Part shown: in pieces, positions 1 to 12,600 of the stretch
Layout: each line of letters starts with the position of its first letter
Numbering within the stretch: position 1 is the first letter of the stretch
Notes under the pieces: generated by a model
Databases searched by the model: none
What the model was told of the DNA's origin: nothing
The model's input: only the letters and a program-made list of their open reading frames with translations
Program-made: the position numbers and the translations under genes
Source of the DNA: Chlorokybus atmophyticus
Lineage: Eukaryota > Plantae > Mesostigma and Chlorokybus algae
Assembly: GCA_009103225.1 (NCBI GenBank)
Contig: RHPI01000810.1
Span: forward strand, 1,426,154-1,490,153
Direction of reading: 5' to 3'
DNA length: 64,000 nt

Positions 1-52
1 TGTACAGGATACCCATACCAGCCAGAAACAACTCTTCTTCTGCAAACAGCCG

Positions 53-1827
53 TCATATCCAATCCATCTCCTGCAGCTTCAACGGCAGATACACTTCCGA
101 CAGGTACTGGAACCCAAACGAACTCAACGCCTCTGCAACATACATGCACAACACGTCAGCACAGAACACAACCAAGACTCTGACTTGGGCACAGCATGCA
201 GACGATGCATTGCTGCACAAGTGAACACCATTGGACTTACGTATTTCGGCCTTTTCTTTGGAACGAACCATGAGATCGAGTTCTTTATGCCAGGCTGGGT
301 TGCTGCTGATGAACTCTTCTTGCAGAAGCTCGCGACCAGTCTTTATATCGGTGTCGGTCATCGGAAGGCGGCACTGCTCGGGGATGTGATAGCGGTTGAG
401 GTCGGAAGGACGCACGCCAAGCCACTTTATATCCGGGGTGGTGAGGTTGGCAGAATCGTAAGACATGTTCTTGCTGCCACTCATGTACACGGATAGGATC
501 TTGAGACCATACGGGTCAGCATCCACAAGCCCGAGGACAGGAATGCGCAGCTGAAGCTTCAACCTTCTGAGAAACAAGCGGGTTGCCACATCTGGCTGGC
601 CTTTTGCTGTGAGTATGATACATGGAAAGCGGTTGTAGAAACGGTCTTCGGCAAGGCGCATAAATGCTGCGTCCTTCTCCACTAGCAGTATGAATGTGGC
701 ATCAGAGCGGATGTTGTTCACTCTGTCGAGGTTGGGAGGGATGGCTTTTCCCCCGATGCCCATGCGAGTGCAATCGATGGTGTCACCGTCTTCATCAAAT
801 TGCAGCCGCCCGACAACAACACCCTTCTCGGATGCGACAACGCTGAGGGATGAACGTGTGCAGCCCAGCATGCAACTGACGTCTTCGAGAACGGCATCAG
901 ACTGCCCTTGCTCCACAAACAGCTTCACGTCGGTGTAGAATAAGTCGCGCTTGGTGACATGTATCCTCTTCAAAGACAGCTGGTGGATCTGTTTTGTTGT
1001 CACACACCAATGAGGTTTAGGGTGTGTACTGCTGAGCACAAGTGCAAAGGCTGTGTCAGCTAAACACACACGACACTCAAGCCATGTAAGCCAACGACTC
1101 ACCTACCTTGACACAATCACATGTAATGCACACAATTGTTTGCCGTTAATGCTGCTAGAGTAGGCTGTAAGCATTGCTTGTCTGCTCGAGTATTTGCATG
1201 CAACCCAATCAACACTAACCATACTACTGCAGCATGTACGCAGCTGTTGAGTCAGTTGATGAATTGCAACAACACTGATTGCTTGTACACATTGCCATAA
1301 CGGACAGCTCCAAATAAGGTACGTTAATAATACAGCCATGCATGCCCAAGTGCATGCAACTGTATTGAGCTCCACGCATGCATGGCAACATGCAGGACGC
1401 GCACCAGTTGTAGGACGCGTGCGGTAATTGTGGCCTTGCGGACTGTGGAGGTGTTAGCAAAGGGCCGCACTGACTCCTTGTCCTTGAGCACAATGCGGTC
1501 CAGCTCCTTGACATAGAGCTGGTTACCGGCCGCCCTGGAAGGCACCCGCCAGGTGAGGCCCTCGCCTGCCACGATCTGGGCGGCGGCATCAGTGAGAGCG
1601 GCTTCTATAAGCGCCACGACGTCGTCTGTGGACACCTCCTTGACTTCCCTGACGCCCTGCAGACCGAGGTCCGCCAGCGTCCTGGAGCCCTCCTTCACCG
1701 CCGCCGCCGCCATGCTGGCAGCCAGCTTCTGCACGCCCTTAAGCACCTCCCCGTCGCTCTTCAGCTTCTTCTTCATCCCCAGCGCAGCGGCGGCCCCCTC
1801 CCGCTCCCTGCCCCTGGCCGCCGCCAT
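53..1827 (-). CDS. TOP6A: DNA topoisomerase VI subunit A (SPO11-3/RHL2/BIN5 type); exons 1827-1405, 988-241, 132-53
   Basis: Spliced translation gives [35 protein letters not shown] (catalytic Tyr), the TOPRIM motifs LLVEKDAA and LVDADPYG, and the C-terminus [26 protein letters not shown]. All match plant SPO11-3 as I recall it. GT-AG boundaries keep the frame. Confidence 0.97.
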
Positions 1828-1867
1828 GCTGGACCACCGCCACCACCGCCGCCGCCGCTGCCGCGGC

Positions 1868-1875
1868 GCGGGAAA
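1868..1875 (-). promoter_or_regulatory. E2F-type site TTTCCCGC in the TOP6A 5' leader
   Basis: + strand GCGGGAAA is TTTCCCGC on the gene strand, matching the TTTSSCGC E2F consensus ~40 bp upstream of the ATG. Confidence 0.4.
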
Positions 1876-2088
1876 CCGCACGCTTATGCAACCCATATCC
1901 ATAGACGTAGCGTTTAGGTCAATTCTGTAATACATTCCAATCACTGATCCTGCCTTTTTTGGGGCAATGATGGGTAAAGTACACTGTACCATAACGGTTA
2001 CCCTACGTGTGGTGGTGGTCGTTGTCGTTGGCGGCCGCGGCGGCGGCGGCGTGAGGGGAAGGAGCATCAGTGATTGTGGTATGGGCCG

Positions 2089-2727
2089 ATGGCTCAAGCG
2101 GTAGGCGGAGGGCCTGGCACGCTGCACGTGACGGTTGAGGCGGCTAAGGGGAAGGGGGCGGGTTGGCCTCAGGCAGGGGAGCCTGTGTTCTGCAGGGCTG
2201 AGGTGAGGTCTAAGGGTGGAGGCCCTGGTGACAAGCGCAGGACGGCCAGCAAGCCTGTGGAGCTGGTTAAAGCAGGGGAGAGTGGAGTGGGTTCACCTGG
2301 AGAGGGAGGGGCAGGGAGTATCACCACCAGCAGTACTACTTGCAAGCATGTCATCAGCTGGGGAGCAACTGGAGAGACTCTGACCTTCTCTCTGAGTTCA
2401 GATAGCGATGAGCTCCGCCTTGTGCTCTGTGCCGAGGACGAGAGCCAGGGCCCACGCGGCCGCACCCTCGCCAATGGCGGCTTCTTTGTAAAGGACATCA
2501 TGGGCCTCAAGGCTGTCGATCATGAGTGGTTCGACATGTTCGCGCCCAACGGCGCAGGTGGATCCATCCGCCTCACTCTCCGCTTCCTTCCCTCCACCGC
2601 CACCACTGCTCACGAGCCGCTCTTCCCCAATGACAACCCGCATGAACCGATCTCCCCCAAGTCCAACGCCAAGATTGCCACCCCCATTGATCAACCTGAT
2701 CTTCAAGGCTGGCGGTTCGAGTTGTGA
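2089..2727 (+). CDS. Intronless single C2-domain protein
   Basis: Open GC-rich ORF from ATG 2089 with a C2 beta-sandwich pattern: GTLHVTVEAAKG, W..ETLTFSL, ELRLVLC, G.IRLTLRFLP. Followed by a Pro-rich tail. Confidence 0.72.
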   Translation: MAQAVGGGPGTLHVTVEAAKGKGAGWPQAGEPVFCRAEVRSKGGGPGDKRRTASKPVELVKAGESGVGSPGEGGAGSITTSSTTCKHVISWGATGETLTFSLSSDSDELRLVLCAEDESQGPRGRTLANGGFFVKDIMGLKAVDHEWFDMFAPNGAGGSIRLTLRFLPSTATTAHEPLFPNDNPHEPISPKSNAKIATPIDQPDLQGWRFEL

Positions 2728-2941
2728 CACAAGCTGAAGATTAGAGCCACTTAGTACCACCATTATTTATATCCATATTTTTTGTATACATGTTGCCCAA
2801 GTACAGTTGCAAAAAGGAAGTTTTGTAACCTGTCTTGATATAGCGAAGTGCACCCACCTGATGCCTTGATGTGGACTGCGGCTGCGAAACCGGCCTGAAT
2901 GCAAGGTCGACTTTGCGCGTGCAACACCAGTTCACCTGATA

Positions 2942-4214
2942 CTAGATTGCACGGTAGTGTGCAACAGTATCCTCAACAATAGCGAATGACTCCTCTAGCT
3001 CGCTGCGATCCATGCCATGCTGCGTGAACTGCGGACAATGAGTTGCAAGATGCAGGAGACAAGAACAGATGTTGACTGCTCAATTGATCAGTAACAACAC
3101 GTGCATTGCCAACAGCATGCTGCTTTTCTACGTGCGCAAGGAGGATGCAACAGCAGTTTTGGGTTTTCTTTCAAAGCATACTAAATGAACACGAGTCCTC
3201 ATACCTGATGCACAAATGCATTGGCCTGCAGCATCGCATAAGCATTTGGTAGCATGCGACTGAGCAAGGCTGCCCCAGCTTGCGAGTTGCTGATCACGCC
3301 AGCAGCCACCTCATTCTAATGAATACAAAATGTGAGCCGTCAACTTGGCACAATGTTAACAGCGTGTGCAATGTTACTCACCCCTGCGTAGGGTGCAAGG
3401 CACCGGATGGACTGCATCGGGTCAACCGACCATGCCGCGTACAATGCTGGATCAGCAAACGCGGATACATCTGCAGCATCAGCGCCCCGGCCATGAAGTG
3501 CAATCACATTTGCAACACACTTGTTGGGACCCGGCCAGTTCTGATGTTCACCCCTATTGGCATTGGCAACTGTTTGCCGCAGGCGATTTATGACCGCCGG
3601 CCACGTGGTCGGCAACGAAAAAGAACCTGAGACACAAAAGCAACCATGATTTGTCAAGGATTGCCATTACCAACTGTGTGTGCCATTGCACTCTTACCAG
3701 ATGGACCCTTGGGACCTGGGAACACGTCGCTGGTAAGCAGCCTGTATGCCGGATGAGCACATGCATGGTGCAGGACATCAGTGAAGGCGTCTGGAGCAGC
3801 CATAACGCTGGCAAGCGAGTGAGCGCATACAACATTAAGCTCGGGCATGCCGGGCCGAGCGGCGCCTAACGCCTCCATCGCCACAGCCTGACACAATCAA
3901 CCACAATGTGCCATGTACATGGAATCTACCTTCTGACTGTGCACTAGCATTGCACGATTGGGTATGAGCGTGACGATCTTTGTTCATTGGTCGATGTGGC
4001 CCACTGTATGTGCATGTCTGTGAGTGCGTCACACCAACAACTTAAGCACATAATATGTCGAGTACTAGTAATGCACTGCATATTAGCTTCCAACCTTCTG
4101 CTTGCGCGAGTAAGCAATGCATGAAGCGTTGCAAACTCGTGCGCAAGTGCAAGTGCGAGTGAAGTACCAAATAGACAGTTTGCTGCTGCAGACGGTATAC
4201 TGCTATTGCTTGTA

Positions 4215-4247
<33 letters not shown>

Positions 4248-4905
4248 CACTCAGTGTGCGTACACTTGAGCAAATGCACACCTGCAGTTTGTCGTTTGGG
4301 TGGAGGGAGATGGCAGCAGCGGTGCGCAGGTGATGAGAGATAGAAAGGAGAGCATTGTACGATTGCACTGCGACGTCGCTCCCACCCGCAGCATAGGGGG
4401 CGACACTGACGCTAAAAGCTGGCAAGCTGAGGCTTTCAGCGACTGCCTCAGCTATGCGGCAGCCCAAACCTGAGCCTGTGCCCCCGGCGACACTGCCGAT
4501 GACAGCGACGCCGGCAGGGCAGTCTGCCCGCTCCACCTCCTTCCTGACGGCGTCCACCGCCGCCTCCGTGAGCGCCGGCTGGGCGTAGTAGCCCCTCGCC
4601 CAGCAATTGCCCGACCCGCCCTGGCCGGCCACGCCGCTACCGGCAGCGTAGCGCCACGTGTCGCGCCGTGAGCTCGCCCTCGCCGCCTCGGCCACAGCCT
4701 TGGGCTCCGCATCCACAAGCACAGCCCTGGCCACGGCTACACCGCCGCCCACCCCACCCTCCCGAAAGTATACACCTTCCTCCCCTCCACCACCTCCTCC
4801 ACCTCCTCCTGCCCCATACAGCGCATCCAGTAGCGCCGGCCCAAGCTGGTTCCCGCACTGGCCAACCTGCACCGCCACCACCGCCGCCTCCGCCCCCGCC
4901 CCCAT
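2942..4905 (-). CDS. TUBD1: Delta-tubulin; exons 4905-4282, 3887-3698, 3626-3382, 3315-3205, 3028-2942
   Basis: Motifs VQVGQCGNQLG, ARAVLVDAEPK, GSGNCWARG, AGGTGSGLG, VAVQSYNALLSISH, VANVIALHGRG..FADPALY, SNSQ, AFVHQFTQHG. The short C-terminus lacks an acidic tail, which is diagnostic of delta rather than alpha, beta or epsilon tubulin. Confidence 0.93.
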
Positions 4906-4979
4906 CAACAACAACCACTGTGTACAGTGTACAGTGTTAAGGACAGGCATACCTACATGCCTGTGTAGGAGCGCAGCGC

Positions 4980-5516
4980 ATGGACGGCGACACTGGGCGG
5001 CGGCGGAGCAGCACGGAGGAGGGCAAAGACAAGGACCAGGATAAGGAGAAGAGGAAGGGGCAGCTCAATGACGAGGAGCTGGTAATTAGGTACAGGCCGC
5101 CGCTGCAGGCTTTGAGGGTGCCAGTGGTGGTGAAAGAGGACCACAAGAATGACCAGGAGGAGGAAGTGGTGCTGGTGTTCAGGAGCAACGAGGAGCGGGA
5201 GGCCAGCAGGCAGGTTTGCGTGAGAACGGTGAGGGAGCGCTGCCTGGCGGGGGCCAGGGCGGGCTGCTCCGTCTCCGCCATGCGGGCATGCGGCCGCCCC
5301 TGGCTCGCCCGACTCTTCGGCGGCGCTGTCACCCAGCAGGAGGCGATTGAGCGAGACGCATGCGAAGCTCAGGCGCTGGATGACTGCATGGAGGCTGCAA
5401 TGCCAGACTGCCAGTACGGTTTCAGCAAGCAGTGCTCTACTTGCATGGCATGCTTTCTCCTGGCTTTGCTGCATGCAATCAGCAGCATGCCTGCTTGCAA
5501 GCAGGCATGCTGCTGA
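4980..5516 (+). CDS. Cys-rich hypothetical protein resembling a conserved uncharacterised plant family; 3' end uncertain (possible intron after codon DC at ~5412)
   Basis: GC-rich ORF with LVFRSNEE..RQVC...ERCLAGARAGCSVSAMRAC..PWL...CEAQALDDCMEAAMPDC. The Cys spacing recalls a plant uncharacterised protein (from memory, not searched). Confidence 0.6.
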   Translation: MDGDTGRRRSSTEEGKDKDQDKEKRKGQLNDEELVIRYRPPLQALRVPVVVKEDHKNDQEEEVVLVFRSNEEREASRQVCVRTVRERCLAGARAGCSVSAMRACGRPWLARLFGGAVTQQEAIERDACEAQALDDCMEAAMPDCQYGFSKQCSTCMACFLLALLHAISSMPACKQACC

Positions 5517-6730
5517 TTGCTATCATGCCTGAGAGCTAGTAAGCAGTATTCTCTACATGCCTCGCACGCTTTCATAGAGTAGTTGTTTGGTTCAGCCGTT
5601 AATCACTGCATGCTTCCTCCTGAGCACATGCTGCGTATACTCAGCAGCCATACATGCGCGTTGCCGTTGCGCAACTAGGTTACATACATACATACACGAG
5701 GACTGTGCTTGCAAGCTGGTCGAAGCATGCCTAGACACTTGTCAACTCTCCAAGCTGTCGCTGCTGGAGTAATCTGCTGCGATCACACACACTGCGCTCT
5801 TCAACCTCACAACTTGGTCATTGCCCTTTAACGGTTTTCTTCACAATGTGATTTGGCACACAGACAGCACTTGCCCAAGAAGTCAAGTCTTAGCAGAATG
5901 ATCAACTGCAAAGCACTGCTGCAGCAGCCTCCCTTGCACCAGGAGTTGCTTACAACTTTTGGTACAAGCAACTGTGTACCAAACGTCACAGCCTTTCTTT
6001 GGCACAAGCAAGGCTGTAAGTTGCTTTGGTGCTAGCAAGCAGCTTACAGCAACACTTATGATTGGCGCATTTGCGTGCATGTTGTTATGCTGCTCAATTT
6101 TCCGCCAATGTTGCACACACAGAGCGCACGCAGAGGAGACATGTGCGCGGGTCTATGATCATGCAAAGTATCTTACACCTAGCGGGCGCCTCTCCCTGTG
6201 ACTGAAGTGCACAGCCAACCCATTAGGTCAACGCAGCAGCAAGCCCACACACCAGGTCCACAAGAGCAAGCAACAGAGGTGCCAAGCGCTTGGTATGGGG
6301 GTCCAAAGCATAAGCTATTGTTGCAATAAACAGTGGTTGCAGAGTTGTCATGCAATGCTAGAAGGCTGTACGTATGCATTACAGGGTTGAGCCAGCCCTT
6401 GTGCATGAACCTTAGATGATGGTTGTTGTCATCCATCAACTTGCATTGCATTGCCTATGCATGCAGGTGATAGAGGAGCAGTTGGAACAGTGTGCTGCCT
6501 GTAGCTTCGGTTGACTGAGACCAGGAGAGGATCCTAACTGGAATAGTCAACATGCATGCCTTCTATCGGGTGTTGCCAAACATATGCATGGGAGTCCTGT
6601 TGGGCTGCGTTTGAGCGCACTGGGTGGTGTCACGTTACTGGCTACAGGCTACTACACAGGTATCCTAATAGTGCCTGCAACTTGGGCGCTATGCATGTTG
6701 AGGTAGAGACATGTACTGACTGCTATGGCT

Positions 6731-6880
6731 AACGGGGTGTGGGTAGAGCAGGTCGTGAAGTTAGCTAGTGACAGTAGCCCGGTGGTCTGCATGAACGGTG
6801 TTGACTACATGTAAACATGATGCTGGGTCCATTGCATGTGTCATGCATGTGCATACGTGTTGCGCATTTTCTGCACACCA
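6731..6880 (+). repeat. Dispersed repeat family, copy A (core ACGGGG..GTAG..GTGAAGT..TAGCCCGGTGGT)
   Basis: Core and downstream TGCATGTGTC.TGCATGT.GCATAC..TTCTG.ACAC are shared with 33865-34030. Confidence 0.6.
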
Positions 6881-8160
6881 GGTCGCAACCATCACCACCC
6901 CTTACCCAGCTTGTGGTGGTCGTGAATGTGATGGTACAGCTGCTGTGCATTACGGCTGCAGTATGCGACTGCATATGCATGTGGTGTCATGGAATGAATC
7001 AGCAAAGTGCGTTCACAGACGTAGTGTGTTGAGCACCTTGTGCGCTCAGGTGTGTGCTCATTGGTGTAGCTATTCAGTATATCCTCTCAAATGCACGAGA
7101 AGGACGCATGCTCTCACCTGATGTGGCACTGCTACACGTGAGCGAGTGTCAAATGTGGAGCGGCAACGATCGTCATGTGTTACATTTTCACGATTTTATG
7201 CAAAACACCCTTCTCTTGATCGTACACATGTTGTTCTCCCTACACTCTGCAGGTTGACCAACTTCTACCCTGCCTGCTGCCCCACCCTGCTTGCTGCTGA
7301 ATCGGCTTGAGGGTCTAAAGTCTAGTTGAGTTGGTGTTGTAGTAGTAAGTGTAACTCTACCTTGCCCCCACTTAGTCTTGTGTTTGCTTGCTTGTTGGCT
7401 TGTGCACGGTTTCTATTCTATACTTCGGAGTTTGCTACATGCAACTCTTATGTGTTATGTTGTTGATCGCGTACGGGGCATTGCGTCACAGGATGCAGCA
7501 TGTAATGATGAGATTGTTATATTCTGTAATACCAAAGTCATAATGTGTATGAAAGTAAGCATTGCAATGTTGCAATGTATATCATTTCAAGTTGCACACT
7601 CTGATCAAATAAAAGCAGCAGCAACATACAGGCATTAAACCAGGGGTATGGAGGCTACACCATTTGGACGTTGCATAGACACGGATGGGAACGGCACCCG
7701 TAACTAATTAACGTGGTGCCACATACATAATAACCCTCCTTGATTTTTGCGAGCTATTTGTCATCCAACCTTTATGTGTTCAAATGATCACAATCAAAGT
7801 ATTGATGTAATATCAATTGAGCCCTTAACATCCAATTAATATTACGACCCAAGGTATATGCAGTGGCCGTCACCCACAACTCGTTAAACTTAACAAACAG
7901 TAATGAATGTACGGTCACAATCGTAGTTGATGACAAAATGACGTAGTGATGGTCCATTGATAATGTCACTGATTAAAAGTTCGCTTGGCTACACAGGTAT
8001 TGATTGTGCTAGCATGCATAGTGTAACTAGTTGATTGCAGTTGCAATTGTTCTAGTTGCAATGGTGTTATGCTTCGTTACTTGCTGTTTGCTAAAGTTGG
8101 TTGCAATGTGCGTGGTACCGTATGTGCTTGGCCCTTCAAATATTACCATATGCATGCCTC

Positions 8161-8213
8161 ACTGACGGGGGTAGGTAGTAGGTAAGTAGGTAGGTGATAG
8201 CGAGCTCGGTGGT
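8161..8213 (+). repeat. Dispersed repeat family, copy B (core only)
   Basis: ACTGACGGGGGTAGGTAGTAGGTAAGTAGGTAGGTGATAGCGAGCTCGGTGGT aligns with 33865-33929. Confidence 0.55.
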
Positions 8214-9616
8214 TGTAACAATGGTAATTGTACAGGCTTTTCAATATCTATAGTGTACATTGCATGCTTCTGCTTGGTGGCATGTCAGCGCGATTTTTGT
8301 GTGACCTTGAATGCACGAAATGCCGGATGCATATCTTATACGCACATGCACTTTATAGACTGCTGCTGTACCCGCAGTCATGAAATCGTTGAGCGATCTT
8401 ACTATGTGGCGCGCAAGATCACTACAACATCAGCAACGGTCGCCATAGCCGCTTCATTGGCACTGCACAACAGCACTCCCCTCCGCCCCAACTCCTACCA
8501 CTGCTGCTGCTCAACCTATTGTCTGACTGACACCTGTGCGCACATGTCCGTTCCACATGTACATCTTTCCGCCCTTGTGCGACAACACCCTCCCGCCCAT
8601 AACACCTGATGATAACACTGCACGCACGCACTATTAATATAAAGTCGTACTGCCAAGCCTGGCTGTGTTGACTGGGCATTGTGACTGTGTTTTTGTGTGT
8701 GAGCTCACTTGTGCATCCTGCTTGTGTGATTGGAAAACCTATGCATCTCAGATAGGTAACATCTCTGGCAAGCTGCCAGCGGCAGCATGCAGCTTGGCAC
8801 GGCCGAGGTCAGCCGGTCTGACTTCTCAATTCAACCGCTCGGCTACTACAGTAGTGTAGATGATAGCAGTGCGCCGCCTTACAGTTGCCGGTCACAACTT
8901 GCGAACCGACCAAACATACAAACAATTCACTCACCAACGGCTACTCAATGCAACATTCTGACCAAACTCGATTTATTGCAGCAGCTGAACTCAATACATT
9001 GTAATGCCAGTCAAGCGGCGACCATCACGTGATGCGTAACCGCTTTCTTGACGCAGCTCTTGTCGGCCGAAGTGCGTATAGACCTGCCAGGTGGCGGTGG
9101 CGGCGGCGGCAGCGGGCCGTGCCGCCGCCAGGGGGTCCGGGATGAGAGCGGGGTGAGGAGCGCGGTGTGACGGCGATGGGACCGCCGCCGCGTGGCCGCA
9201 CGCCGCCTGGCGCCAGGCGGCGTGGCGGTGGTGGAAGCAGGTGGGACGAGCACAGGGTCAGATCCTAATCAGGGTTTGACCTTTGCGCTTTTTCTGCTCC
9301 TCTCCTTGCCCGTTACATCCTGAACACACGCTAATATGTCGTGTCTTCACGAAACAAACATACTTACCTCAATAAAACTATCAACTCTTTTAGTTATAAA
9401 TGCTTTCACGACAGTTTCTTGACGAGTGCTGCGGTGGGTTGGTCATCCGCACACGACATGTTCTTTTGGGCAGAGTGGCACTCACGAAAATGGGAAAAAC
9501 TTTTTCTGTTGTGATTGACTGAATGCAGTGCAGATGATGTCTAAATTTCAGTTGCAGTAGCTGCTAGTTGTAAGTCAGCGCACGCCCCTAACTGCAAGCA
9601 TAGTAGTTTTCTTCTT

Positions 9617-12600
9617 ATGGCACTCAAGTTAGAGGCTTTGTGCATGGAGTGCAGCAATTGCAAACGCAGTGCAGCAATTGCACACAACAGTCGACAACAG
9701 CAGCACTTACTGAATTTGTTTGCACATGCAGTGCACCCACAAGAATACCGAGCAGAAGCCCCATACGCATCCGACTACCTTTTGATAATGAGGTAACGCA
9801 CTTTACACCTTGGATTACATGAGACACCCAACAACGTGTACTCACCCATCCTGACACACACATACAAACGTATGCGCACACCTTCACTGCAATCCAGCAT
9901 GCATGCACACATCTCGCACGTGCTCTCGCAAATACGCAGACGCAAGCGCACACACAGGCGCGCACATGCGCGCGCCCATATGCACGCACACATGTGCGTA
10001 TCCTTGCACATTCGCAGACACGCGTGCGCGCACATGCACATACACAACAACAAAATTCTGCATGCATGCAGCCTCCCACACGCGACACGTCCACGCCACG
10101 ACCCATGTCCTCCCCTTCATCCATACGCGTTCCGCGCTCTCTGGCGCCTGGCGAGGCAGCGGACGAAGAGGGTAAGAGATGTACACCAACTTACAAATGT
10201 TGGAAGAGGGTGTCAGGAGCTCATTCTGGTTGTTCGTGTTGTGTGTGTGTGTGTAGATATCAAGTTGGTATGCGAGATTATCAGACTGGCAGAACGCATG
10301 GCTGAGGCGGAAGCCTTGCCAAGACGCCGGCCAGCACAGGTCTTTTTTCTTTTTGTGTGGTCACATTGTGCTGGTGTGACTCACTCACAACGTACCAACT
10401 ACACATACACTTACGTATGCAGGTCACCCTCTCAATTGTGTTGCGAGCATACGACAGTGTGTTGAAGTCACATGGGCTGGTAAGGAAGAATAAAGGCGTT
10501 AAGTGTACTGATGTTCAAGCAGCATTGCAGCAGTTGTCAAAGTTTACTGATGGTGGTTTTGCTGTATCCTTGTTCTTGTGACGTTGATCAGGTGCCTGCA
10601 GAAGACACGCGCTTCTATCGATATCTCCTCCGCCTTTGCATGGACCCTGAGCCTGATTGGTGGCGCAAGTTGAAGAACGCACGCAGCGTATGTGCAATTC
10701 CAACTTTGTTGCATGTACAAATGCTCGTCTTGTTGTGTTGAGGTCGTTCATGTGTGCTTATGTCTATGTGTGTAGAGTTCACGCTCTCGGCCGGGGACAT
10801 CGTGTTCGGAAAGGCCGATATCAAACTGGCAGCAGCGCGGTGTGAATGCCAGCCTCGTGCTGCCGGTAACGTCGATATCGGTTGCACATGAGGGAGATGC
10901 CGGCAGCTGTGTCGATCTCGGGGGTCACGAGCAGGAGTATATGCAGTTCAAGTTGGTGGCCATGTTGTTCCGCAAGTGGCGAAGGTGGGGAAGTACATGT
11001 GTGCACATGGCACGTGGGTGCGCGACCGTGCGTGCGTGCGTGCGTGCGTGCGCGTGCTCGTGCATGCTCCCATGCGTGTGTGTATGTGTGCATGCACATG
11101 CGTGTATTGGCGTGCGTGTGTGGATGTTCAAGACTACATGAAGACATACTCATCTGGTGGACTTGTGTGTCTACTTCTGCCTGCAGGCGGGCGCACGAGG
11201 CCGGTGCGTTCCGTGTCGCCGCTGCCCACTTTACCAACACGACGCTCTCGCATGCATTCCCGCGCTGGCGTCTCCACGCACGCACCCAACTCCTCCGCGC
11301 CCTCTTACACTGGGGCAGGTCAGACATCGTGTTGTCATGGTTTGGCCAAGAGCATATGCGTGTGTAGTGTGTATTTGACACAACATGCCCACAGTCGCAC
11401 GCTCAAGTTGACCTTCCACACATGGCGAGTGTATACCAGAGTGGTAGTCACAGCACGAGTCAACGCATACCAATGGCGCGCGAAAGGGCTCGCCACGCGT
11501 GCGTGGGACACGTGGCACGCGCGCATGCAACAACAAAAGGTACTGTTGTTGTTGTTGTTGTTGTTGTAAGCCAGCAACTCATAGCCTTTGCAATAGAGAG
11601 TGGCGAGTGACACGCGCAAGGCTTTAGCGCATTGGCAAGAGCGCGTCACGGCAGCCTCATTCCAACGTTGGCGCGGGTGCGCGCGGGGCTACTCGAAGCG
11701 CGTGTCCTCTGTCATGGTACACATACACACATTGACAACATACACACGCACAAGCACACCACGAGTTGCAAACTTCACATCGCACTGGTCTGCGTGTGAT
11801 TGTGACATTATCCCAGGCACACATGAGGCATGCACGGAAGAGAAGGTGGTTGAGAACGTGGAGGCGGACGGCTTCTGCACTGCGTGCTCGCAACTCGCGC
11901 GCTGAAGAAGTGGTAAGCATAGCATTGTACTGTTGTATAGTCTTTGGTCACGACTACAGTTGGTCACTATTGTGTCGTATTGTGTGCGCATCAGAGAAAG
12001 AGGCGCACCAGACGGCTGCGCAAGCATTGCCTTCGGACATGGCGCGCATGGTGAGTGTATGTGTGACTTGTGTTTGTGACTTGTGTATGTAACTTACCCA
12101 TCCAATGTTGTTGTCTCTGTGCTGCAGGTGCGTGCGACGCACGTGGCTAAATGACACGCTTGAGGCGTGCGAGCACGTCCGCTATCAGAACACCTTGCAA
12201 TGCGCTATGCACGGTACGTTTGAACACTGGCATGCATTGTTGTGTGCTGGTGTGTGTGTTTTGACGTTGTGTGTCCTTGGTCAGCGCAGGCTGGCAGCGC
12301 GTGACTCGCACTCGTATTGCAAACACAGAACGTGTACACGCCATGCGAGTGAGCAGCGCAATGCGCCTAGCCAAGTCTTTCCTTCAACACTGGCAGGCAA
12401 GCTGTTGTCATTGTTGTTGTTGTGGATTGTGCAAGTCACCTTTGCGTGCAAGCAACATGTTGGCTTACGTACCTTTCTTGTATCAGGCTTACCGAACTCG
12501 CATGGAAAGGCTGAAAGAAGTTGGATTTGTGGCGGCGAGGCGGCTGCGGTCGTTTGCGATGGCGAGGGCGTTCGCCACGTGGCGCACGTGGGTGGGATGC

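Noticed and set aside
1828-2127. 100-codon in-frame extension upstream of the TOP6A ATG (ORF 1324-2127)
   Set aside because: Low-complexity promoter/UTR sequence overlapping the C2 gene start. Homology to SPO11-3 begins only after Met 1827.
9360-9369. ATACTTACCT, resembling the 5' end of U1 snRNA
   Set aside because: The match stops at 10 nt; no U1 stem-loops or Sm site follow.
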